Assembly (NCBI GenBank): GCA_964581775.1
Contig: CAZOQA010000004.1
Span: 3,786-67,785, forward strand
Direction: 5' to 3'
Length of the DNA stretch: 64,000 bases
DNA from: an uncultured Thermoplasmatales archaeon
GTDB lineage: Archaea > Thermoplasmatota > SW-10-69-26
Of this stretch, positions 1 through 7,965 are shown in pieces. Both the position numbers and the translations under genes were made by a program. Within the stretch, counting starts at the first letter, position 1. Each line of letters begins with the position of its first letter. A model generated the notes under the pieces. It worked only from the letters and a program-made list of their open reading frames with translations, was not told the origin of the DNA and ran no database searches.

Positions 1-76
1 CGTCCGCTCATGCGGGGTCGAGCCCCTGGAGCGGGGTTTGTCGTTTCGCGATAGATCCTTGGAACGAGGCGCGGGG

Positions 77-352
77 TCACGCGATCTCGCTGGCGCCGTA
101 GCGGTCCTCCTGGGGCGGCTGGTTGCCCATGTTCCCCACGGAGTACGACGTGCCGGCCAGGCTCCCCACCGCCAGCAAGGCCGCGGACAGGGCGACGAAG
201 TCCGCGCTGGCCCCGGTCCCGGTCACGGTCTCCACGCCGAAGGAGACGATCCACGCGGTCACGATGAAGTACACAAGGCCCAGCACGATCCACACGAGCG
301 AGGAGACCGCGAGCCCGGCCAAGCCGCGGAGCACGGAGCGAAGCGTCGTCAT
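77..352 (-). CDS. small membrane protein (two hydrophobic helices), function unknown
   Basis: Only the last 91 codons of the 77..1534 minus ORF are plausible. There is an ATG at 350-352 and a TGA at 77-79. The product MTTLRSVLRGLAGLAVSSLVWIVLGLVYFIVTAWIV...ALLAVGSLAG has two hydrophobic segments. The rest of the long ORF is antisense to the 468..1880 gene. Confidence 0.4.
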   Translation of the reverse strand: MTTLRSVLRGLAGLAVSSLVWIVLGLVYFIVTAWIVSFGVETVTGTGASADFVALSAALLAVGSLAGTSYSVGNMGNQPPQEDRYGASEIA

Positions 353-467
353 GGCCTCGTGAGGCTCCAGCTGGGGGAAAAAGGCACCGTTCGGGCCGCG
401 CGGGTGCGCGTTGCCTCGCGGCCGGTGTGCAACAACGTTTTTAGGGACAGACGTCGCCCACGCGTTA

Positions 468-1880
468 ATGCGAGCGAGCGTGTGGATGGCTCTGCTGATG
501 GTCACGGCGGGGCTGGCAGGTTGCATCGGGCCAGGCGAGCAGGCAGGCGAACAATCCCTCGACCCCGGCGACGGGCTGGATCTTGCGCCCTCCGCGGCGC
601 AACTGTTCGAGGAGCCGGGCTCCCAGGTGCACCCCGCCTTCGGGCTGCCCACGTACACCACCATCCCGGAGGATCTGCCCGAGGGGGCGCCCGCGTTCTG
701 GGAGCCCATCGAGGCCAACGAGTTCTCCGTGGAGGAGATCGCGACCGAGCACCTGTCCGAGGACCCCGAGGAGGTCGTCGAGTACGGCACCGGCATCGCG
801 GTGTGGGGCGAGCTCGTCGTCATCCCCGGCCGCAGCACGGACAAGGCCTGGATCGTGAGCATCGAGGACCCGGCCAACCCCACGCTCGTCTCCGAGTTCG
901 ACGCGGGCGGGCGCGACGTGGACATCCTCGGCTTCCCGGACGGGGGCCTGTTCGCCGTGTTCGCGACGGACCGCGGCGAGGTGCCCATCTGGGACATCAC
1001 GGACCCCGAGGACCCCGTCGAGGCGGCCGTGCTCGAGCCCGATCGCGGATCGCACAACGTCGAGATCGTTCCCGGCACGCCGCTGGTGTACAACGCGGCC
1101 GGCGCGGCCGGTGGCGACACCGGGAACCTCCCCGGCGGAGGCACGGAGGGCACCGTGATCTGGAACCTCTCGGACCCGTACGAGCCCGAGCAGGTGCTCG
1201 ACTTCGAGAACGGGTACAGCTGCCACGACATCAAGTTCAGCCTGTGGCCCAGCGAGGACAAGTACCGTGCGTACTGCGCGGGGTACGAGGTCTCGCAGAT
1301 CTGGGACATCGAGGACCCGACGAACCCCGAGGTCATCGTGGACGTGCCCGTGCACCACGGCGTCCCGGATGCGCCCAGCAGCGCGGTCACGCCGGCCCGC
1401 TTTAGCCACCTGGCCATGTCCAACATGGACGGGACCGTGCTCATCGTGGGCGACGAGACCGGCGGCGGGGGCGCACCCGCGTGCGATGTCCAGGTCAGCG
1501 ATGGGCCCGTGACCGCCTCGGGCCCGTTGGGCAACCTGTACTTCTACGACATCAGCGACGAGGAGAACCCCCTGTTCATGGGTCAGATCAGCGCGGATGC
1601 CCCGGCCTTGAACCTGGACGCGATGATGGAAGACCCCGAGCATGCGACCTCGTCCTGCACCTCGCACTTCGGGCAGCTGATCCCGGCGGAGGACCGGGAC
1701 CTGCTCGCGGTCGCGTTCTACGGGCCCGGCATCGTCGTGGTGGACTTCACGAACCCGATGAACCCGCAGATCGTGGACGAGTGGAGCGACGGGACGAGCA
1801 CGTGGGACGTGTGGTTCTACAACGGGTACCTGATCACCGGCGACATCAACCGGGGCATGGACGTGCTTCAGCTGAACTAG
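468..1880 (+). CDS. secreted lipoprotein, LVIVD-type beta-propeller repeat protein
   Basis: ATG at 468 gives MRASVWMALLMVTAGLAGC, a signal peptide plus LAGC lipobox. The track start at 411 is a TTG. Repeated strand motifs end in acidic-Pro turns (WIVSIEDPANP, IWDITDPEDP, IWNLSDPYEP, IWDIEDPTNP, YFYDISDEENP, VVVDFTNPMNP, GMDVLQL), as in LVIVD repeat propellers. Confidence 0.7.
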   Translation: MRASVWMALLMVTAGLAGCIGPGEQAGEQSLDPGDGLDLAPSAAQLFEEPGSQVHPAFGLPTYTTIPEDLPEGAPAFWEPIEANEFSVEEIATEHLSEDPEEVVEYGTGIAVWGELVVIPGRSTDKAWIVSIEDPANPTLVSEFDAGGRDVDILGFPDGGLFAVFATDRGEVPIWDITDPEDPVEAAVLEPDRGSHNVEIVPGTPLVYNAAGAAGGDTGNLPGGGTEGTVIWNLSDPYEPEQVLDFENGYSCHDIKFSLWPSEDKYRAYCAGYEVSQIWDIEDPTNPEVIVDVPVHHGVPDAPSSAVTPARFSHLAMSNMDGTVLIVGDETGGGGAPACDVQVSDGPVTASGPLGNLYFYDISDEENPLFMGQISADAPALNLDAMMEDPEHATSSCTSHFGQLIPAEDRDLLAVAFYGPGIVVVDFTNPMNPQIVDEWSDGTSTWDVWFYNGYLITGDINRGMDVLQLN

Positions 1881-1975
1881 GTGCCCAAGGGTCAGGTGGA
1901 TCCCCATGTGGGAGGGACGTTCCGCCCTTCCCGTGGGAACCGTCAACGTGAGGACCGGTGTGCGCCGGAACCTAC

Positions 1976-2470
1976 ATGCCCTCCAAGGACGGTTCTCGCG
2001 TGATGCCCTGGGAGCCCGACCCCGACCGTGTGGTGCGGGTCCTGTGGATCGGCTCCGCGTTCTGGCTGTTGGTCGCCATCGTCTCCGCGATCGGCGAGAT
2101 TCGGGGATGGTGGGGCCTGGTGAGCCAGATCGGGATGACCGCAGGGACGGTCCTTTCAGCGATTGTGGCGCTGGCCGCGTACGTGTACGGGGCGGGCAAG
2201 GGCCAGGTCAACTCCGTGCACGAGGCCGTGGGCGAGAACGGTCGAACCCTCGTCTCCATCGATCAAGCCCTCTCGGGACATGAAGGCGTCTTGGAGGTGT
2301 TGGCGGGAAGCGAGGGGGTCGTGGACGAGCTCGATGGGATCAACGAGGCCATCACGGGAGAGGAGGGCATGATCCACGAGCTGGACGTGATCCAGCTGGA
2401 GCTCGATCGTCAAACGGGCGCGTTGGATCAGCAGATTCAGCTTCTGGGAGAGATCCGCGACCGACTCTAG
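1976..2470 (+). CDS. membrane protein with TM hairpin and C-terminal coiled-coil region; paralog of 24324..24821
   Basis: ATG at 1976 (the track start at 1958 is GTG). The hydrophobic hairpin is VLWIGSAFWLLVAIVSAIGEIRGWWGLVSQIGMTAGTVLSAIVALAAYVY. The C-terminal heptad-like region is GMIHELDVIQLELDRQTGALDQQIQLLGEIRDRL. There is clear sequence similarity to the 24324 product. Confidence 0.6.
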   Translation: MPSKDGSRVMPWEPDPDRVVRVLWIGSAFWLLVAIVSAIGEIRGWWGLVSQIGMTAGTVLSAIVALAAYVYGAGKGQVNSVHEAVGENGRTLVSIDQALSGHEGVLEVLAGSEGVVDELDGINEAITGEEGMIHELDVIQLELDRQTGALDQQIQLLGEIRDRL

Positions 2471-2481
2471 GCAGGGGAAGG

Positions 2482-2490
2482 TTTTTTATA
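2482..2490 (+). promoter_or_regulatory. TATA-box-like element upstream of the thermosome gene
   Basis: ttttttata is an isolated AT-rich block in otherwise GC-rich DNA. It lies about 56 nt upstream of the ATG at 2546, consistent with an archaeal TATA box plus a short 5' UTR. Confidence 0.5.
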
Positions 2491-2545
2491 GAACCTCTCG
2501 GCACCCCAACAGTTATGTAGAAGCACCATTTTGGTCGGGGTAGCT

Positions 2546-4228
2546 ATGCGCGGACAAGAAGGCCAACCGTTCATCGTCCTTGCTGAGGGCACAGACCGAA
2601 GCCAGGGCAAGAACGCCCAATCCAACAACATCCAAGCCGCCCGCGCCGTCGGGGACGCCGTGCGCTCCACGCTCGGCCCCCGCGGCATGGACAAGATGCT
2701 CGTCGACTCGATGGGCGACGTCGTCATCACGAACGACGGCGTCACCATCCTCAACGAGATCGACATCCAGCACCCCGCCGCCAAGATGATGGTCGAGGTC
2801 GCCAAAAGCCTCGACCAAGAGTGCGGGGACGGCACCACCAGCAGCGTCGTGCTCGCCAGCGAACTCCTGCACAAAAGCGAGGAGCTGCTCACCGACGTGC
2901 ACGCCACGCTGATCACGCGCGGGTACAACCTGGCCGCCGAGAAAGCCATCGAGATCCTCCAAGACCTCACCACGCAGGTCGACGTCGACGACGACGAGGT
3001 CCTCGAGAAGGTCGCCCGGACCAGCATGGCCTCCAAGCTCTCCGGCCAACACGTCGACACGCTGGCCCCCGTCGCCGTTCAGGCCATCCGCTCGGTCGCG
3101 CAACAAGACGGCGACACCTGGTGGATCGACACCGACGACATCGCCTTCTCCACCAAGACCGGCGGCAGCGTCGACGACACCGAAGTCATCGACGGCCTCC
3201 TGCTCGACAAGGACCGCGTGAACAGCGGCATGCCCGAGCGCGTCGACGACGCCCGCATCCTCCTGCTCAACAAAGCCATCGAGTTCGAGAAGACCGAGGT
3301 CGACAGCGAGATCCAGATCCAAGACCCCGACCAGCTGCAAGCGTTCCTCGACCAAGAGCAAGACGTGCTCGAGGAGATGGTCGACGCCATCGAGGCCTCC
3401 GGCGCGAACGTCGTCTTCTGCCAGAAGGGCATCGACGACGTCGCCCAGCACCTGCTGGCCCGCCGCGGCATCTTCGCCGTGCGCCGCGCCAAGAAGTCCG
3501 ACATGCAGCGCCTCGAGAAGGCCACCGGCGCCAACGTCCTCAACAGCCTCGACGACATCAGCGAGGACGACCTCGGCGAAGCCGGACGCGTCGAAGAGCG
3601 CATCATCGGCGACGACACCAGCACCTTCATCACCGGGTGCCCCGAAGCCGAAGCCGTCAGCATCCTCATCCGCGGCGGCACCGAGCACGTCGTCGACGAG
3701 GTCGAGCGCACCCTCGAGGACGCCATCGGCAGCGTCTCCGCCGCCGTCGAGCGCGGCTACGTCGTCCCCGGCGCGGGCTCCACCGAGACGGAGGTCGCGC
3801 TGCGCCTTCGCGAGTACGCGAACACGGTCGGCGGTCGCGAACAACTGGCCATCGAGGTCTTCGCCGACGCCATCGAAGTGATCCCCCGCACGCTCGCTGA
3901 GAACGCCGGCATGGACGCCATCCAAACCCTCGTGGACCTGCGAAGCGCCCACGAGAACGGCGACAAGACCACCGGCGTGCTCGTGGACACGGGCGAGATC
4001 ACGGACGCGCTCAAGGCCGGCGCCGTCGAGCCCCTGCGCGTCAAGGTCCAAAGCCTCAAGTCCGCCACGGAGGCCGCTACGATGGTGCTCCGCATCGACG
4101 ACGTCATCGCCAGCAAGGGCGCCTTCGACGAGGACGCAGGCCCCGACATGCCCGCCGGCGGACCCGGCGGCGGCATGGGCGGCATGGGTGGAATGGGCGG
4201 CATGGGCGGCGGCATGCCCCCCATGTAA
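2546..4228 (+). CDS. ths: thermosome subunit (group II chaperonin, Cpn60/TCP-1 family)
   Basis: Hallmark motifs are present: TLGPRGMDKMLVDSMGDVVITNDGVTIL, HPAAKMMVEVA, GDGTTSSVVLASELL, VVPGAGSTE and a GGMGGMGGMGGMGGGMPPM tail. The ATG is at 2546; the track ORF starts at TTG 2531. Confidence 0.95.
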   Translation: MRGQEGQPFIVLAEGTDRSQGKNAQSNNIQAARAVGDAVRSTLGPRGMDKMLVDSMGDVVITNDGVTILNEIDIQHPAAKMMVEVAKSLDQECGDGTTSSVVLASELLHKSEELLTDVHATLITRGYNLAAEKAIEILQDLTTQVDVDDDEVLEKVARTSMASKLSGQHVDTLAPVAVQAIRSVAQQDGDTWWIDTDDIAFSTKTGGSVDDTEVIDGLLLDKDRVNSGMPERVDDARILLLNKAIEFEKTEVDSEIQIQDPDQLQAFLDQEQDVLEEMVDAIEASGANVVFCQKGIDDVAQHLLARRGIFAVRRAKKSDMQRLEKATGANVLNSLDDISEDDLGEAGRVEERIIGDDTSTFITGCPEAEAVSILIRGGTEHVVDEVERTLEDAIGSVSAAVERGYVVPGAGSTETEVALRLREYANTVGGREQLAIEVFADAIEVIPRTLAENAGMDAIQTLVDLRSAHENGDKTTGVLVDTGEITDALKAGAVEPLRVKVQSLKSATEAATMVLRIDDVIASKGAFDEDAGPDMPAGGPGGGMGGMGGMGGMGGGMPPM

Positions 4229-4375
4229 GCAGGCCCCCACACCTGCCCGATCCCCCTAGACCGGCGCCCTGCTGGTCCTCCCTTCCGTTCCTCTCCTCTT
4301 CATCTGTGAACCCCTCAGCGTGTCCCACGTCGACCTACGTGCGTCGAAGCGGTGGATCAAAGAGAGAAGGGAGAA

Positions 4376-4397
4376 CCCCCCGGGACGAACCGGGGGG
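4376..4397. terminator. GC-rich hairpin between convergent genes
   Basis: ccccccgg-gacgaa-ccgggggg forms an 8-bp perfect stem with a 6-nt loop. It sits between the thermosome stop (4228) and the minus-strand gene stop (4424). On the minus strand it is followed by a T/C-rich run. Confidence 0.35.
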
Positions 4398-4423
4398 AAA
4401 GAATAGAGGGGGCGGGGGCGGGA

Positions 4424-6877
4424 CTAGTCCGGCGGCCAGCGGTAGACGTCCGAGATGTCCGTCTGCCCGGAGTCGCTGGTGGCTCGGAACTCGACGTCCA
4501 CGTCCTCGCCGACGTGCGTGTCTTTGGCCCAGGAACCCCAGTCGGTGCGCTCCAGCGCGAACCAGGACCCGCCGTCGACGCGCGCGTCCACGGCGACGAC
4601 CGGTTGGTTGGCTTCGACGTCCGTTTCCACCCACCACTCGTTGCCGCGTGGCTCGATGTACTCGGCGTCGAAGTCGCCGTCGCCGTCGTCTCCACCGTCG
4701 GACCCGTCGGGGCATGAGGTCTGGGAGGCGTGCGTCCACTCGTAGCAGGCCGACAGGGCTCGCGAGCCGTCGTCGGTGTGGGCTTGGAACTGCACGATGG
4801 AGCCCTCGGGCGCGTGGATGCTTTTGGCCCAGGAGCCCCAGTCTTGCTGTTCGAGCGCCGTCCAGGATCCGCCGTCGATGCGGGCGTCCACGCCGGTGAT
4901 GTGCCGCTCGCTCTGGACGTCGGTCTCGACCCACCATTCGTTGCCGCGTGGGTTCACGAAGTCCGCGTCGAACTCCCCGTCTCCGGTGTTGTCGCCGTCG
5001 CCGGGGCACTCGGTGGGGTTCGCGTCCGGCCATTCGTAACAGCCGGAGAGGGCCGTGTCTCCGTCGTGGTTGCGGGCTTGGAACTGCACGATGGACCCGT
5101 CGGGCACGTGGAAGCTTTTGGCCCAGGAGCCCCAGTCTTGCTCCTCGAGGGCTCGCCAGTCGCCGGCGTTGACGCGCGCGTGGACGCCTTGGAGCGGGTC
5201 GTTGGCGTTCACGTCGACCTCGACCCACCAGTCGTTGCCGCGGGGCTCGATGAACTCGGCGTCGAACTCGCCATCGTCGGGATCGTCGCCTCCGTCTCCG
5301 TCGTCGGGGGGTTGCGCGGCGGCGTCGTCCGCGTTGAGCATGTGGTTGTTGGGGTAGATGGGGTCCGCGTGGGAGGGGGTCGAGTAGATCTGCAGGGCGC
5401 CTTCTCTGCATCCGACGTCGCGTTCGGTCTCGCAGAAGTCGGCGTCGCGGTGCACGGGCAGGATCATCTCGAGCTGGTCGTCCCCGTCGAGGTCCACGAA
5501 GATGGGGCCTTTCGTGACGACCCACCCGTTGGGCGCGGAGACGAATCCCTTCTTCTCGCCCCAGGGGGTGTAGAGGCTGATGCCGTCGCCTTGGTCGACC
5601 TCGTTGGCGACGACCTCGATCTGCCCGTCGCCGGTGGCGTCGGTGACGGCCACGTTCTTGTTGGACCAGTAGTTGGGGAGCTCGGCTCGCCAGAGGAGGT
5701 TCCCGGTGTGGCCTTCCACGGCGAAGAGGTTGCTGGGGCCGGTGTGTTGCCAGTTGCCGGGTTTATGTCCGACCGTGTTCCAGTCTTGGAAGATCACGTC
5801 CAGATCCCCGTCCCCGTCGACGTCGAAGGGTACGGGGTGCATGTGCACGTGGGGGTTGCTCCAGGTCCACGTTTTGTGCCAGATCAGATCGCACCAGGCG
5901 TTCACGGCGAAGTAGTGGGCGTCCGAGTCGTCTTCCCATCCTTCGTATTGTTCTTCTTGCACGTTGCGGGCGCCGAACACGATCTCCAGGTTCCCGTCGT
6001 TGGTCACGTCCGCGAGGGTGGGGGAGACGCTGATGCTGGCGGGCCAGGTGCCGAAGTCGCGCGCGTTGAACGTGCACCGGTGCTGCATGCTGTCCCCTTC
6101 GTAGATGATGACTTGGCCACCGTCGCTGGGGTAGACGGCTTCGATGGAGCCGTCCCCGTCCAGGTCGCCAGCGAGCGGGCCTGCGTTCCCGTCCCCGTAG
6201 TCGGTCCAGGCTTCGACGTGCCCGTCGGGGTTGAGCTTGTAGTGGGAGGGTTGGTCGTCGAGTTGAGCGAAGACCTCGTCGCGCCCGTCGTTGTTCGTGT
6301 CCGCGAGGAACGCGGGCCCATCCATGCCGGGGTAGTCCCAGTCGCGGTTGGGGTCCTGCTCGTTGGGGTCGAGGAAGGTCTCCCAGGTGCGCACCATGTC
6401 GATCTTGCGGTGGTCGCTGGTGGGTTGGGCTTCGAACGCGGTCACCCAGCCGGCGCTGTTGGTGAGCACGATGTCTTTGAGGCCGTTGCCGCTGAGGTCC
6501 CCGATTGCGGGCCCTGCGAGCTCGCGGGCGTGCCACCCGTCGGGGTGGTTCGTGGTGAGCTCGGCGAGCAGATTCCCGTTGGTTCCGTCGAACACGTACG
6601 CGCGGTTGTTGTCGTTGTGCGTGACGATCTCTTTGACGCCGTCGCCGGTCAGGTCGACCGCTGCAAGCGTGACCGCGTCGAAGGCCTCGTAGGGCTTGTC
6701 GGGGTTGGTGTTGTGCAGCCCGATGCGGTGGTCTTGCTCGATGCCGTGATGCGAGGAGGCGCTGGCCTGCGTGGCCGCGAACGCTACGAGGAACAAGAAC
6801 GCAGCCACCGTGAGGGAGGCGATCAACCACCCTCGCCGTGCCTGGACGTCGGGCATGCTCATGAAGACGAACAGCAA
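4424..6877 (-). CDS. secreted FG-GAP/VCBS-type beta-propeller protein with three C-terminal tandem beta-sandwich (carbohydrate-binding-like) modules
   Basis: The N-terminal signal anchor is MLFVFMSMPDVQARRGWLIASLTVAAFLFLVAFAATQASA. There are eight Ca-binding-like loops: DLTGDGVKEIV, DLSGNGLKDIV, DTNNDGRDEVF, DLDGDGSIEAV, DVTNDGNLEIV, DVDGDGDLDVI, DATGDGQIEVV and DLDGDDQLEMI. The C-terminus carries three copies of GEFDAxFIxPRGNEWWVExDV...DWGSWAKS. Confidence 0.85.
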   Translation of the reverse strand: MLFVFMSMPDVQARRGWLIASLTVAAFLFLVAFAATQASASSHHGIEQDHRIGLHNTNPDKPYEAFDAVTLAAVDLTGDGVKEIVTHNDNNRAYVFDGTNGNLLAELTTNHPDGWHARELAGPAIGDLSGNGLKDIVLTNSAGWVTAFEAQPTSDHRKIDMVRTWETFLDPNEQDPNRDWDYPGMDGPAFLADTNNDGRDEVFAQLDDQPSHYKLNPDGHVEAWTDYGDGNAGPLAGDLDGDGSIEAVYPSDGGQVIIYEGDSMQHRCTFNARDFGTWPASISVSPTLADVTNDGNLEIVFGARNVQEEQYEGWEDDSDAHYFAVNAWCDLIWHKTWTWSNPHVHMHPVPFDVDGDGDLDVIFQDWNTVGHKPGNWQHTGPSNLFAVEGHTGNLLWRAELPNYWSNKNVAVTDATGDGQIEVVANEVDQGDGISLYTPWGEKKGFVSAPNGWVVTKGPIFVDLDGDDQLEMILPVHRDADFCETERDVGCREGALQIYSTPSHADPIYPNNHMLNADDAAAQPPDDGDGGDDPDDGEFDAEFIEPRGNDWWVEVDVNANDPLQGVHARVNAGDWRALEEQDWGSWAKSFHVPDGSIVQFQARNHDGDTALSGCYEWPDANPTECPGDGDNTGDGEFDADFVNPRGNEWWVETDVQSERHITGVDARIDGGSWTALEQQDWGSWAKSIHAPEGSIVQFQAHTDDGSRALSACYEWTHASQTSCPDGSDGGDDGDGDFDAEYIEPRGNEWWVETDVEANQPVVAVDARVDGGSWFALERTDWGSWAKDTHVGEDVDVEFRATSDSGQTDISDVYRWPPD
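4427..5272 (-). repeat. three in-frame tandem coding repeats (about 295 nt period)
   Basis: The units encode 98, 100 and 84 aa. DNA-level similarity is visible, for example ggcccaggaRcccca near 4530, 4825 and 5120. The units are separated by D/G-rich linkers. Confidence 0.85.
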
Positions 6878-7032
6878 GGCAGGCCCCTTACGGGCGTCGC
6901 TGGCCTAGAATCTCCGGGTCCCTACGCCGCCTGGGATAGGACGCTTTGAGCTAGACTTGAAGACGGCAAACCAGGAAACCGGTCATCCGGGTAGACCCGC
7001 GCCCGTCATGCTGGACGAATCGCGGTTTTCTC

Positions 7033-7056
7033 GGCGTTCGTCCCAGAACGCCTTTT
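7033..7056 (+). promoter_or_regulatory. hairpin followed by a T-tract in the 5' region of the 7095 gene
   Basis: ggcgttc-gtccca-gaacgcc forms a 7-bp stem followed by tttt. It lies about 40 nt upstream of the ATG at 7095 in a divergent intergenic region. Confidence 0.25.
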
Positions 7057-7094
7057 CCCGATGGGCCTGGGAGGCAAGCGGTCGGTGGAAAACC

Positions 7095-7916
7095 ATGAAC
7101 GCTCCCCGCACGATCGCTGCGCTTCTTGCCGCCGTGATGGCGTTTGGTGCCTTCACGGGCGGCGCGGCTGCGCACACAAGCGACGAGCACGGTGAGATAA
7201 CCTTCTACGACGGCCCGGACGCCGAAGGGCAACAAGCCCCCACGGAGGACGGGGAAGCCCCTGACGACTTCGTCGACCTAGAATGCGAGTTCTGGATCGA
7301 AGGCACCGACATCAGCCACCCCGAGGGGTCGATCGACGTCTGGCGCATCACGGGCCCTGGCACTAGCTTCGAGACGACGCTCGCCACATGGAACTTCACG
7401 CCCGAGGAGAACGCGACGTACGAGTTCGATAAGGGCCCCCTGACGCTCAACGAGTCCTGGGACCACTACTTCATCATCGCGGATATGGAGGATGAGGACC
7501 ACCACACGACCGAGGGCCACCACGTTGACTACACGGCCTGCGAGGACGATGAGGAACAGGAGCCCGAGACCCCCGTGTGCCCGGCCAACGTGGAGACGAC
7601 TGCTCACGAGGATGAGACGGTCGACCTGAGCTGGGATGCCTCCGCGGGCGCTGACTCGTACAACGTGTACCGCGCCACCGCGGGGGAGAGCTTCGAGCAC
7701 GTGGCCGAGGTGGAGTCCACCTCGTTCACGGACACGGAGACGGAAGCGGACGTGACCTACCAGTACCGCGTGACGGCCGCCAACGAAGCGGGTGAATCCG
7801 CGGAGTGTCCCGTCGCGGAGGTCACGGCGATCCCCGTGTTCGGCACGCCCGCCATCGCGGCCCTAGCCGCCGTGGGCGGCGTCGGCGCCATGACCGCGCT
7901 GCGCCGACGCGGCTGA
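7095..7916 (+). CDS. secreted acidic/His-rich protein with fibronectin type III domain and C-terminal anchor
   Basis: ATG at 7095 gives the signal peptide MNAPRTIAALLAAVMAFGAFTGGAAAH. The track start at 6957 adds an implausible basic leader. An FN3-like segment is present (VDLSWDASAGADSYNVYRA...YQYRVTAANEAGES). The C-terminus is IPVFGTPAIAALAAVGGVGAMTALRRRG. Confidence 0.75.
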   Translation: MNAPRTIAALLAAVMAFGAFTGGAAAHTSDEHGEITFYDGPDAEGQQAPTEDGEAPDDFVDLECEFWIEGTDISHPEGSIDVWRITGPGTSFETTLATWNFTPEENATYEFDKGPLTLNESWDHYFIIADMEDEDHHTTEGHHVDYTACEDDEEQEPETPVCPANVETTAHEDETVDLSWDASAGADSYNVYRATAGESFEHVAEVESTSFTDTETEADVTYQYRVTAANEAGESAECPVAEVTAIPVFGTPAIAALAAVGGVGAMTALRRRG

Positions 7917-7965
7917 CCGTAACGCTTCAGATGGCTTCCGCCCCCCCCGGGTCTTCCTTTCTCGC

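Noticed and set aside
4159-4222. GGM-repeat (ggcatgggc) microsatellite at the thermosome 3' end
   Set aside because: It encodes the well-known Gly-Met-rich C-terminal tail of chaperonins, so it is not a novel repeat.
2513-4240. 575-aa minus-strand ORF covering the whole thermosome gene
   Set aside because: It is exactly antisense to an unmistakable thermosome. The product is G/A/D/V/H low-complexity with no motif. This is a typical high-GC shadow ORF.
4427-5272. Tandem repeats considered as a CRISPR-like or mobile-element repeat
   Set aside because: The units are about 295 nt, contiguous and in-frame, and they encode homologous protein modules. There is no spacer-repeat architecture and there are no cas or transposase genes nearby.
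4730-6949. 739-aa plus-strand ORF, plus the 4335..5525 and 5763..6830 ORFs overlapping the FG-GAP gene
   Set aside because: These are antisense or out-of-frame to a gene with clear signal peptide, propeller loops and tandem repeats. Their products are R/G/V-rich.
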